Origin: Felis catus
Lineage: Eukaryota
Direction: 5' to 3'
Length of the DNA stretch: 64,000 bases
Assembly: GCF_018350175.1 (NCBI RefSeq)
Contig: NC_058382.1
Span: forward strand, 59,336,001 to 59,400,000
The translations under genes and the position numbers were made by a program. This document shows positions 1 through 10,615 of this stretch, piece after piece. Positions within the stretch are counted from its first letter, which is position 1; every line of letters begins with the position of its first letter. Below the pieces are notes generated by a model. That model worked only from the letters and a program-made list of their open reading frames with translations, did no database searches and was not told the origin of the DNA.

Positions 1-111
1 CTTGGTCATTTTGCGCACAAACAGATTCTGATGATCAGATTAGAAAGGCAACAAGGGGAGGATCTTCGAACACAATGGATCCAGGGATGACATTGGTGGC
101 TCTAGGTAGAA

Positions 112-168
112 GCCGTGCCCACTGCCTGAGGGCACGTGGCCGTGCCCACTGCCTGAGGGCACGTGGCC
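112..168. repeat. 27-bp perfect tandem duplication (2.1 copies)
   Basis: GCCGTGCCCACTGCCTGAGGGCACGTG at 112-138 and 139-165, then GCC. Confidence 0.95.
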
Positions 169-1899
169 TCAGACAGTGCTGGCATATGGGTGCCGAACTC
201 TCACCGCCCCACCCGCTTCCTTCGTCCTTCTGGAAAGTACAGGACGAAGCTCACACCTCAGGGGCTTGGACAGGGAAACAAGAGGCTGGAGTGGAATCCC
301 AGTGCGGCCTGGGACGGCCATGCATCTCAGACGGAATATGACGGTCTCGAGATGCTGGCCCCTCGGGGTGACCGGGTGAAGGGGCAGGTGCTCCCACACT
401 TGCCACCCAACCTCACACCTTCTCCGGTTCTAGAGATGATGGGACAAGGGGAGTGACCCGCCCAAAGTCCCAAAGCAACGCTGGGGGAGTGGGGGTGCAC
501 CGAGGCCCACTGGCCCTGCAGCCCGCCGGCTGCTCCCCTGCACCTTCCGGCTTTGCCCCTGGACCAGAACTGGAAGATTCGGGGGAGGGCGGGGGGCTGG
601 TCCCTTCCTGGGGGGGTTCACTCTGCCATGTTTTATTTCAGGGAAACAAGGACGAGAGGCAGCCTAGATTTGAATCTTCTCAAATTCTCAACAGCCCCCC
701 ACCCCACACAACCATGAACCCCAACAGACAGACACTCATTAACTACGTTTGAGGCTACCAGTTCTTAATGACTTAAGTGGAAAACCAATCAACCTGTCAT
801 CTCGAGAACCCAGTAAATAACGAGAGAGGCTCTCCTGCCCGGAGAAGCCGTCCCGCCAGCCCCCGACTGCGCCACAGGTAACCAAATGGCAGACTAGGAG
901 AAGCGTCTCTGTGTGAACTTCCTCCGGCCGACAGACGAGAACAAAATGACAGAACTTCGCTGTTTTGCAGCCCCCGATGAATTAGTGGAAACACTTTGAA
1001 GCACTGACAGCCCCTAACATCAAAAACGCGATGGAAAGAGGGAGAGACGACATTTCAAGGAGAAAGTCAGAACTCTCTTAGAAGGGCAGGAGAAAGACAA
1101 ACTCTGGAAACACCGACGGTAATTTCAACGCCCACGGGTACGTACACGCGTGTGGACGCACCTGGCCAGGTGCAGGCAGAATGGTGCCACTTCACTGGGA
1201 GAAATTAACTTCCCTCATGCCTTGGAAGCAGAACGTTTAAATAACCAGAGAGGAAATACAAACCCTGACGTTAATCCAAACATCTCTTCTTATTTTCATA
1301 ATAGCCCCACCAAGTAGGAACAGCAAAGTCGCGTTTAATCAATGTATTTCACGGCCAGGGCAATTCCATTGTCCTTCCCGTCTATTTTTGGGTTTGACCC
1401 TGGAGGCAACTAAGATTCATTTTCAGGAAACAAATCCATGAAAATTATACCACTTTTTGTGCTAAATGCGCAGCCGGTGCGTGCAGGCTCGGCGTTTCCG
1501 AGCAGCGAGGGTACACGCCGCGTTCCTCGCCCTGAATGCCTAACATCTGTGGGTCCACAGGAGAATTAATTCTTCAGGAAAAGGCCCCTACCCTAATTAG
1601 ATTTTACTTGGCTTATTAGTGAATCTCATTCACTGACTTAATGAGAAACAAAAGTCATGTGATAAAAGAGTCACGAGCAATAAAACGTTAACTAAATTTA
1701 TACAGCAGAGGGCTTGAAATTTTCCCTCCATATCAGCAAAACTGAAATCCACAGTGGAAACACGAATTGCTATAAATGGCTTCAGACCTAGGCACGGGGA
1801 CTGTTTATATTCAGGATGTGGCCTATTCCAGAGAGAGCGCACACAATGTAGGCATTTAGAGTGCTAGACGTGTGTCCAAATCTTAACTAATTGGGGGCA

Positions 1900-2100
1900 G
1901 TAATAATTGCTAAGGTTTACTTCATACTTCCTATGTGCCAAGCTATTCCAATAGCTCTAAATGCATCAACTCATTTAACGTCACGAGGCAGACTATCAGT
2001 ATTCCCATTTTACAGACGGGGAAACTGAGGCTCAGGAGGTAAAGGGGCTTACCCGCAGTTACTCAGAGAGTAACTGGTGGGGACAGAGTGCAGCCTCCAA
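1900..2100 (-). mobile_element. MIR SINE
   Basis: MIR core in reverse orientation: CCCATTTTACAGACGGGGAAACTGAGGCTCAG, preceded by TATGTGCCAAG...CTCATTTAA. Confidence 0.85.
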
Positions 2101-3759
2101 GCCAGGAGAGCCAGCCCCCATCACTCCCCATGCTTAAAAATCGAGAGAAGTCTTTCATACTTTTTTAGTCAGACATTATTTTTTGGAATCATTACAGACC
2201 AATTCAGAAACGTGATTGCACGTTGGGATCCCCACGCCGTCAGGTGCAGCTTGAAGGCAAAGACCCTCTGGGCCCCGTTTCTGATCGTGGTATCTGAATT
2301 CCAGTAAGTTTCCATGGAGAGACTGGGGTCTTTGAGCTTCTCCAAGGGGAGCACAGGCTTTACAACTCGAGGTTGGGCTGAAAGTCCGTCATCAGAAGGA
2401 CATGTTCGTGCGGCACGTTAGCCTGACCCACGGTGGCCGTGGGGCCACCACGACGGGACAGGTGCTCGCGAGTGGCACTCCTGCAAGTTAGACGCGGCCC
2501 TTGTCCGGAAAGGGCTGACGCATGATTTGCAGTGAGCCGGCGGAGCCCCACGCTCTCTCGGCGGCCCCACGCGCTCTGAGAGGGCAACCTTGCTACCGTC
2601 TGGTCGTTGGGAGAAAACCCGAGGTGGAGGGCACACCGCGTCCAAGCAAGGACCTGGGGAGGGCTGCATTCGCCCCAAGCCCACATCCCTTCTGCCACAG
2701 GCCAGCCCCTCTGCCAAGCCATCGAGCAAAAGCCCTCAAGGGTATTTGAATCCAGCTGGAGAGAAACTGACTCGGGGTTGTGTGCCGTTTCCCAAGCTAC
2801 GGTGGCATCTGGGCATGTGACTGCTCAGCCTTCTCTGTGCCCCAGAACACCTCCCGCTGGGGGCAGCGACCACTACCTCGTCACGTGAGGGCCCAGAGGG
2901 GCCGTCCATCCAGCCCCCCAGCTGCCAGTCGGGCACGGGACCCAAGCCGAGCCGCGGGCATTGTTTCTTCCTGGAATACCGAGTTGGAGCGGAAATCCAC
3001 AGGAGCCAGCACGTGGACGGGGGTCGCCGAGGACCTAGATCCCGGGGTTCCTGGTGCCCAGATGCCCGGGTCTGGCTGGTCCCCGCTGCTCGGTCTGAAT
3101 GTCTGGCTCTCCTTTGGATCCGCTGGCCCCCGGTGCTCTCTGAGAGCCCTTGTTCGGGGTTCTCGTTGCTTACTTGCTGCTGGAAAGTCAGCCGGACTCC
3201 TCGCTGCGAGGGCTAGAAACCTCTCTTAACCCGCCTGCACCAGAAACGCATTGGTTCTTCCCTCAACTGGAAAACTGACGGGGTGGGTCTGGCCTCGGCC
3301 GTGCCTGGGTCCGGGGATCCCATGAAGCTGCCAGGAATCTGTCTCTCTCCGTCTCCTGACGCTGCTCATCTGTGTGCTCTCAAGGGCAAACAGTCCTCAG
3401 CAGTCCCAGGTCATCCTGCTCCAGAGAACGTGAGACCAGGAGAAGGGAGTCCCGGGAGCGGCCTGGGGAAGACCGGGGTCAGCTCGGGATGGCAACATGT
3501 CCACCTCTGCATCCATCACTGGGGGAGGGCGGTGGGGGGGGGGGTGTTCCGTGGAGAACTCAGAGCGGCCAGACCGGGTCACAGCCACCCACAGGCCAGG
3601 AAGTGGGGCCAGCCTTACACAGGTGACTGCGGAATACTGTGGACTCCCCAAAGGAGGTGAGGCCGAGCAAATGCTCTGCGCCCCACAGGGACAAGGTCAC
3701 CCTGTCACAACCAGAGGGCCCCCTGCCAGACCAGCGGCAGCGAATCCCCTCTGAATGTG

Positions 3760-4150
3760 GAGAGTCTGAGAAAAATTGGACCCGAGGAAGGACGGAACAC
3801 TCCAAGAGCTTCCGGGAAAACCCGTGCATGGACTCCGGATAGCTCGTGTGGAAAAAGGGCGATGTTCCAGGCAAGATGAGGGACGGCCTCAGCCCCACAG
3901 GGGTCTTGATGAGGCCCACCTTCCAGGTCTGGAGGGCTTCCAGCGGGCGAGCGGTGGAAGAGACGGCCCAGAAAGCACAGCACGTCCCGGCTGCGGCCGC
4001 CCTGAAGCAGCTGGAGGGGAGGTGAGAGAACCCTACGGAAGCCGAAAGAGCCAGGACGCGCCCCCCAGGCCGGACCTCCCTAGGGAAAGATTGGTTTCCA
4101 CATCCTCCAGGCGGAAAGAAGACCCGCGAACTCGGAGGCACCGCCTGGGA
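3760..4150 (+). mobile_element. Possible highly decayed HAL1/L1 ORF1 fragment
   Basis: Frameshifted translation TLQELPGKP-HGLRIARV...DVPGKM...VWRASS resembles the L1/HAL1 ORF1p pattern IQENFPEL..LQIERAH.VPGKI...ILQASR. Judged by eye only. Confidence 0.3.
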
Positions 4151-4619
4151 ACCAGGGCGTTCTGCAGAGATGGGAGGTGTGGGAGGGTCTGCAACACCGC
4201 AGCGCCCCGCGGGCCGCCCGCTCTGCTCCTACGGAATTCTGGCGGCTAACCAGTGCTATCGGCTTGCAAACATCTCCATCCACAGGCATTTACTCCCCAA
4301 ACCACAGGCAGACGTCCACCCCCGGGGACAGCTCCACCGATAGCCTGGAAAAGAAGGCTGGCCACGGCGCCTGGGAGCCGGGACGCCCCTCTGTGACCAG
4401 CAACGAGGCAGGGCTCTGCCGGTGCCACGGCACAAAGTGGGTTCTCTGCGGCCCCCACAAGTCCCCCCCAAGGGTGAGTCCTGCTGCCCACAGCCACGGC
4501 GTGCTCGTCAGTGTGTGCCCGTATCTCCCCTGTCCTGCCTGGACTGCCCACCCCGACGGAACATCCTGGGACCCCTTCCCTGAGATCGGAACCCTCGTCT
4601 CAGGCTCCGCTTCTTCTGC

Positions 4620-4697
4620 AAGGGGGGGGATTTGCACCCATTTTGTTCCTGCTGAATCCCTGGTACACATAGTAGGTGTTCAATACACTTGATGGGA
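4620..4697 (+). mobile_element. L2 LINE 3' end fragment
   Basis: CCTGGTACACATAGTAGGTGTTCAATACACTTG matches the L2 3' terminus. Confidence 0.7.
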
Positions 4698-4869
4698 AAA
4701 CCAACACTTAACATTTATTATTCGATGTGGACAGGCCCATGTAAATGTCAGGGAACTTTCTAGAGAGAGCAGGGATGTTTGCACCCGGCTGAGGGGGGCT
4801 GTCAGTCTGCAAGGGCAGCAGTTACACCACCTGGTGAGGGCACCTGAGCTGCCTGGGCCCGCCCCCCAG

Positions 4870-4970
4870 CGGGTCTGACCCAGCCAGGGCAGGATGGAGC
4901 CCAGATGTCCGTATTTTTACAGATCCCTTTGATGTTTCTAATGTGCAGCCAGGCCTGAGAGCCACCGGGT
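4870..4970. mobile_element. MER5-type hAT-Charlie MITE fragment
   Basis: TTTCTAATGTGCAGCCAGGCCTGAGAGCCACCG resembles the MER5A/B terminus. Confidence 0.6.
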
Positions 4971-5032
4971 TCAAGTGTAAGTCCCACATCACTATCTTTT
5001 CCTTTCTTGTCACATTGGTTGAGACGATTTCA

Positions 5033-5163
5033 TTTTATTTTTTAATTTTTATTTTTTTAGAGAGACAGCACAAGTGACGGAGATAGGGAGAAAGGGGGAG
5101 GGAGGGAGGGAGAGAGGGAGAGGGAGAGAGGGAGAGAGAGGGAGAGAGGGAGAGGGAGGGAGA

Positions 5164-5199
<36 letters not shown>

Positions 5200-5338
5200 C
5201 AGAGACAGAGACAGAATCCTAAGGAGGCTCCACACTCAGCACAGAGCCCAACTTGGGACTCGATCCTATCACCCTGGTATTGTGACCAGAGCTGAAATCA
5301 AGAGGGACACTCAACCAAGTGAGCCACCCAGGCACCCC
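5033..5338 (-). mobile_element. SINEC (Can-SINE), older subfamily, with expanded (GA)-rich tract
   Basis: T-rich tail, GA/GAGACA microsatellite, and GAGCCACCCAGGCACCCC head in reverse orientation. Confidence 0.95.
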
Positions 5339-6814
5339 AGGACTATTTAATGTTAAAAGCAGCTCAATACAACTAGTTTATGCCAAAGGGAGACTGGGGG
5401 GGCAGTTAATGATAAAGACACGGGATGTCTGTGGAAGTCAAGTAGAGGCTGTCCCAGGACCCTTCCCTGCTGCTTCTGTATCTGGGTCATCTCTCTGCAA
5501 GCCAGCACTGCCTGTCCTCTGTCCCCAGAGCAAAGCAGGACCACACCAGGGACGCAAGTGGGACATCTCCCCTGGTGAGGACCCCAGTCGGCCTGGGTCC
5601 CGGAGGCTCTGATGGCCCCAGCCCAGGTCAGGGGGCCTCTGGGACCAGGCCACTGTGCCAAAGGGACAGATGCTCACAGCAAAAGCTAGGCACCCCAGGC
5701 ATGGAGTGGGGGCAGGTGTTCAAGGGTCACACACCCCCCCCCCCAGCTCACAGTGTTCCCTGTAAACGGCTCTTATCTATTCCCATTCATCCTCTCGAGA
5801 GAGCTACACGCCCCTCCCCACACACACGGGACAGCCTTTCCTTGTCTCTTCTAATAAACTCACTTCACCTCCACGGTGGCCATTCTCCAGGTGGTAGCAT
5901 CTGCAAACGCGTGGGTTTGGGTTGTTAGAAATGTTCGCCAGATCGCATACGCAAGCAGCCCCGGGGGCCTGAGGCACAAGAAAACCTCACTGAACCTCCT
6001 GCCTTCACTTCAAACTTTGATCCTTTGTTCATCATCCATGTTTTGGGGGTTTCAGTTTTTTAAATGCTGCATTCAAGTTATTATTTATCTCGATGGGTGC
6101 GGTTTGTTCCCTGCTCCCTTCCACCTGCAAGGGCCTTACCTGCCCCAGCCCGCGTGCTCCACAAAATAAAGGTTTAAAGCCTTGTGGGCGCCACCTCCGT
6201 GTGGACGGCTCTCCGTGTCCTCATGCTCTGGGACACACTCACTTCACCTGCCTAACACGCACTCAGCCATGAGCTTTTGCAAGTCTGCTGGTCCAGACCC
6301 CTTCCCGCCCCACTGAAGAAACAGAGGCCCCACACCGTCAGGCGGCCCCTGCCCCCCATCCGCAGCCGGGCGGATCATCCATCGGGAGGAAAAGAGGAAA
6401 AAGGAGGGAAGCCAGGGCTTTGTCTCATTTCTGGAGGAGCAAACCGGCGCTGGCCAAGGGAATCATAAATTCCGCCGGGAGGGAGCCTGCGGCTCTGAGC
6501 AGAGCCGGCGCTGCCCCTGGGGAGCTCGAGCCTGGCCGCGGAGAGATCACGGCGAGCGCCCCTTCTGCCTCCCCTTGCCTGCGCCCCGCATTGTCAGGCA
6601 GTGACATCACAGGGCAGGGAGCAGAGACCACCCTTGAAAGGAAAAGTGAGTCACAGAAAGGGCAGAGGGTGGTGGAAGGGGATGGGGCCAGCCCCTCCTT
6701 TGCCTTGGCCAGCACGGTCATCTCAAGAATAGAAACATTCTCGAGTTATGGGAGGGGGTTGCTTTCCAAGCACATCCCCGGTGCCCGCCCCCCACACGCC
6801 GACAAGGAAGTGTG

Positions 6815-6955
6815 TCATCTCATGGAAGCCCTCCGAGGAAGGTGCTATTTTATTCTCATTTTACACATGAGGAGACTGAAGCTAGGAGAGGTATTAGACT
6901 TCCCCAAAGTCTCTCACTCCATAAAAAGTGGGGCCAGGATCCAAGCCCAGGCTTC
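6815..6955 (-). mobile_element. MIR SINE
   Basis: CTCATTTTACACATGAGGAGACTGAAGCTAGGAGAGG core. Confidence 0.8.
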
Positions 6956-8293
6956 TGGAATTCACAGACCCTCGGAGCCACGTTGGGGCCGACGGGCAGG
7001 AACCCCAAACAAGGGGACCCATTCTCTGCCCCCAACTCTCTGTGACAGAAGCCAAAACGTACTCCCCAAATCCCGGCTCCAAGAGCACCCACATCCCCAG
7101 CCCCCCATGGACCTCCTCTCTCTTCTCTCCCCTCCAGCACCCCACATCCCACCCACCAGCAGGCTCCCAGACCCTTCCCTTCCCAGATTCGTTCTCTTCC
7201 ACAAGGTCATTCGGAATACCTGGGTGGCTGGCCTGTTCCCCAGGCTCACAGCCCTCATGCCAGAAAGAAGCTTGCCCTGGGCTGATGAAACTCAACAGAG
7301 CCACCCACCCACCCATGCCCAAGATTCCTGCCCAATTATGTGTAATTTTGGTGGGGGGTGGGGAGGTGGCTTAAATATTTCAGATGATACTAATGGGCTG
7401 GCTGGAGCCCTTCTCTGAACAGGCTGTCTCCCGGACGCCCCATCTCAGCACGTATCCATGAACGGTCAGGGAGGAGCCCTTGCTCCTGCTCCGCCAGGAG
7501 CCCTCCACCTCCAGAATGAACGCCACATCCCTTTCCAGAAGTGGGAGAGCAGGCCTTCCCACTGCGAAGTTCATTTCCTGCTCAGACCAGGTGGAAAATC
7601 TGCTAAACCCCAAAGGTCAAGCCCAGTTTAATTTTATACCCTTTTGTTAAGAATGTTCCCTTAAAAAAGAAAAAAAAAAAAAGGAAAAAAAAAAACCTCT
7701 TAATGTTTCTTTCCAACTTTTCAAAAGTTAATTCATGTGGAAGAAAAAAAGATTAGGATAAAATTTCAAATATTAAATTCAAATGCAGGATTAATGACTT
7801 TTATTTCTAAGCCCAAGAGGTTGTCTGGAATTCAGGACATTTTTGGAGGAGTCAAAACCAGACATAAGCAGATGCGGTTGTGTTTTGGACCAAGTCAGCA
7901 CAGATTTTGGACCTTGAAAGACTATATCCACGTGCATCTTAATACAAACAGTCCCCCTTTTCCAAAACTCTCCATCCAAAATGAATTAGAGCCATCGGCT
8001 TGAACACGAAGACTAAACACCTTTTACACGTACGTGAAGGGAGCTGACAAATGTAAACCTTTATTAAACGCCCCCTCGTGCCCTGGAACCCTTCTACCCA
8101 CCTTCACCCTTGTCAAACACACACGCACGTGCGCACACACACCAGAGGGACAGGTGAAAATCGCGAATCTGAAAGAAGAAAGAGTCGTCTTTCCGCACCG
8201 TGTGATTTCCCCGGAGTTACTAAATACACTGCGATAACGTGCGTCAGAGTGCATCTCAAGTTCTGCTGAACCCAAGAAGCACTGAAAACTCAC

Positions 8294-8385
8294 ACGACGG
8301 CCCAGCCCAGAGTGGTTTGGACCACTTGGGTAAAGTCTGAACGGGAATCTACATGATTTGTCCCAGTCCAGGGAACAGTATCCCG
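8294..8385 (-). other. Candidate spliced exon (92 nt) of an unidentified minus-strand transcript
   Basis: Minus strand: AG-free pyrimidine-rich tract CCTTCTCCCTGTTCCATGTCCGTTGTTCGTGCCAATGCTGTTGGACAG|, donor CGT|GTGAGT. Lies in a repeat-free AT-rich block. Confidence 0.3.
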
Positions 8386-8544
8386 CTGTCCAACAGCATT
8401 GGCACGAACAACGGACATGGAACAGGGAGAAGGTGCCCGATGACTGGGGGTCGAGGGCTTTGGGTGAAGGGGCTGTTCCGCGGGCCGTAAACGCTCCTTG
8501 AAAGAAGGGCACGTCCCAAAACGTTTGGGAAATACTTCATGCTC

Positions 8545-8723
8545 TACAGCAAACTACGGCCCATGGGCCAAATGGCTCACCATTGTTTTTGTAAATAAAG
8601 TTTTATTGGAACAGGGCCACACCCACCCACTGCCGCTTTAGGCTGCAACCACAAAGACCACGTGACCCACAAAACCTAGAGTACTTGTCAGCAGCTCTTT
8701 GTAGACGAAGTTTGCTGACCCCC
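8545..8723 (+). mobile_element. MER58A hAT-Charlie MITE
   Basis: GCAAACTACGGCCCATGGGCCAAAT...TGTTTTTGTAAATAAAGTTTTATTGGAACA...AAGTTTGCTGACCCC. Confidence 0.9.
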
Positions 8724-8936
8724 GCCTGCTCTAAGACCGCCTTAGAGGTTGACAAATCACATCAGCGCATTCGTGGCTCCAGGAAATCCTGCCCCGAGGA
8801 AACCTACTCCACTTGTTTAACATGGTATTTCACAACGATATTTTATTTGACTTTGTAAAAAAAACCTTCTTCCTCCGTGAGATACACATTGGTTCCTTTC
8901 ACAGGATGGGCTTCAAACACATCTTGGGAAACGCTG

Positions 8937-8974
8937 GTGTGCATGCGTGTGTGTGCGTGTGTGTGTGCGTGCGC
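8937..8974. repeat. Alternating purine-pyrimidine (TG/CG) microsatellite
   Basis: GTGTGCATGCGTGTGTGTGCGTGTGTGTGTGCGTGCGC. Confidence 0.9.
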
Positions 8975-9119
8975 CACCCAGGCCGTGATGCTCTGTTACA
9001 GCCGCCCAAGCTAACACAGAAAGTAAGGCTTTTCAGCAGAATGCTTATGAAAAATGCCAGATATTTCATGGTTCTGTTTTATGAAAAATTCTTCCTAATG
9101 TGTAAGCATCCAGCCTGCT

Positions 9120-9217
9120 GCTGGATCTGAGTTAAATCGCCCACTGACTGGCTGTGTGAGTTTGGGCAAGCTACTTGTGGTCCCTGAGTCCGTGTCTCCT
9201 CGTCTGTGACACGGGAG
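9120..9217 (+). mobile_element. MIR SINE fragment
   Basis: ACTGGCTGTGTGAGTTTGGGCAAGCTACTT...GTGTCTCCTCGTCTGTGA. Confidence 0.65.
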
Positions 9218-9260
9218 CGACCCTCCCTCACTTGGGAGCCCTCACTGTGGCTGTGTCTGT

Positions 9261-9292
9261 GTTCGTGGAGGCGGACGTTCGTGGAGGCGGAC
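9261..9292. repeat. 16-bp tandem duplication
   Basis: GTTCGTGGAGGCGGAC x2. Confidence 0.9.
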
Positions 9293-9794
9293 GCTGGGAC
9301 AGCACGCATGGGCCGCCGGTGGGCAGCTGTTCTCACGATCACCGTGTCTCCACCCTATGGCGACCGATTGTGCTCTGCCATCAGGTGGCTAAGAATCCTA
9401 AGGGAGGAAGGACACGCTAGAACACGCGTCCTCGTCAACGACTACACGGATGCGTGGGTGTGAGGGGAGGCAGAAGTGGGGCTCTGGGCCTTAAGGAAAT
9501 GGGACACTCTGCTCGGTTTCACGTGCGGACGGGCACACGCCTCGCTGGGACACGGAAATGACACTGACAGGTTCTGGTGCAGGACTCGGTCACGTGGACT
9601 TGGACCCGGAGCCCCTAAGCCCACGGCACTGTGTCTCACAGCGATAGATCCTGCTACAGAGCAAGCCCCGCGTGGCCGCCCGGGAGCTCCTGGGGGGCTG
9701 TGTGTCTGGACATGATGGAAACAGCCCCAGGCCCAAGAACACCCACCACTCCAGCTGCAAACTGGGGCTACCCTTAGGACAAGCACAATTCCTG

Positions 9795-10105
9795 TCTTTA
9801 TTCACTGACTTATTAAGCACCTAACAAATACAGATTACACACCCACGTGTCCACAGGAGAGGGACACATCAACAGACTGGGCAGCCACGGTCCTCGTGTT
9901 CCAGGACCTTACAAATCACAGACGTGCCCAGTGCTGTGGGGCATAAAATGGGGTGACTGAACCCTACAGCGGGGGCTCTGAGGAAGGAGCACTTAAGCAA
10001 TGATCCAAAGCATGAGCACTAAAGCCCCAGGGGAGGGGGAGGATTTAAGGGAGTGTGCCGAGCACAAGGAACAGTATATGCAAAGGCCCCGGGGCAGCAG
10101 AGTGC
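9795..10105 (-). mobile_element. L2 LINE fragment
   Basis: TTATTAAGCACCTA...GAGGAAGGAGCACTTAAGC...GGAACAGTATATGCAAAGGCCCCGGGG, typical reverse L2 3' region. Confidence 0.7.
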
Positions 10106-10371
10106 AGAGTAAGTATACAGAGTAAGTCCCAGATGAGTTGTAGAACATAAATCCACAAATGCCACCTAATCGTCTTACTAGAGGAATATCGGATTATTTT
10201 TTATTTGTTAATTTATTTAATTTTACTTGCTTTTGCCAAAGTCTAGAGGCCGGGCTCATCGGTTGCCCCAGAAAGCCCCCTGGAGAACCCGCTCCTTTCC
10301 CTTCTGAGCACCGGCCTCTAGTGATATGATTGACGGTACATTCTTGCCCCAAATATTGCTTGAATGCTGTA

Positions 10372-10615
10372 GACATAGTGTGTCAGTGGTTGAAAGCACA
10401 GGCTGCAGAGGGAGACTCACCAAGGAAAATTCTAGGCCTGGACACTTACTACCCGTGTGACCTTGGGCAAGTCACTTCACCTCTCTGGACCTCATTTCCT
10501 TGTTCGAAAACGGGGATGATACAACAGCACCTCCCCTGTAGGGTTACTGTTTAGGGTTTAAAGAGTCGCTCTACGCAGGCCCTGGCAGGCATATAACGGG
10601 AGGTGTTTTCATCAT
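10372..10615 (+). mobile_element. MIR SINE, near full length
   Basis: AGTGGTTGAAAGCACAGGCT...GTGTGACCTTGGGCAAGTCACTTCACCTCTCTG...AAAACGGGGATGATA. Confidence 0.9.

Noticed and set aside
6420..7418. Longest ORF (332 aa, + strand)
   Set aside because: It runs through a MIR (6815-6955), is low-complexity Pro/Gly/Ser-rich, starts at a non-ATG codon and has no recognisable domain; a chance ORF in GC-rich DNA.
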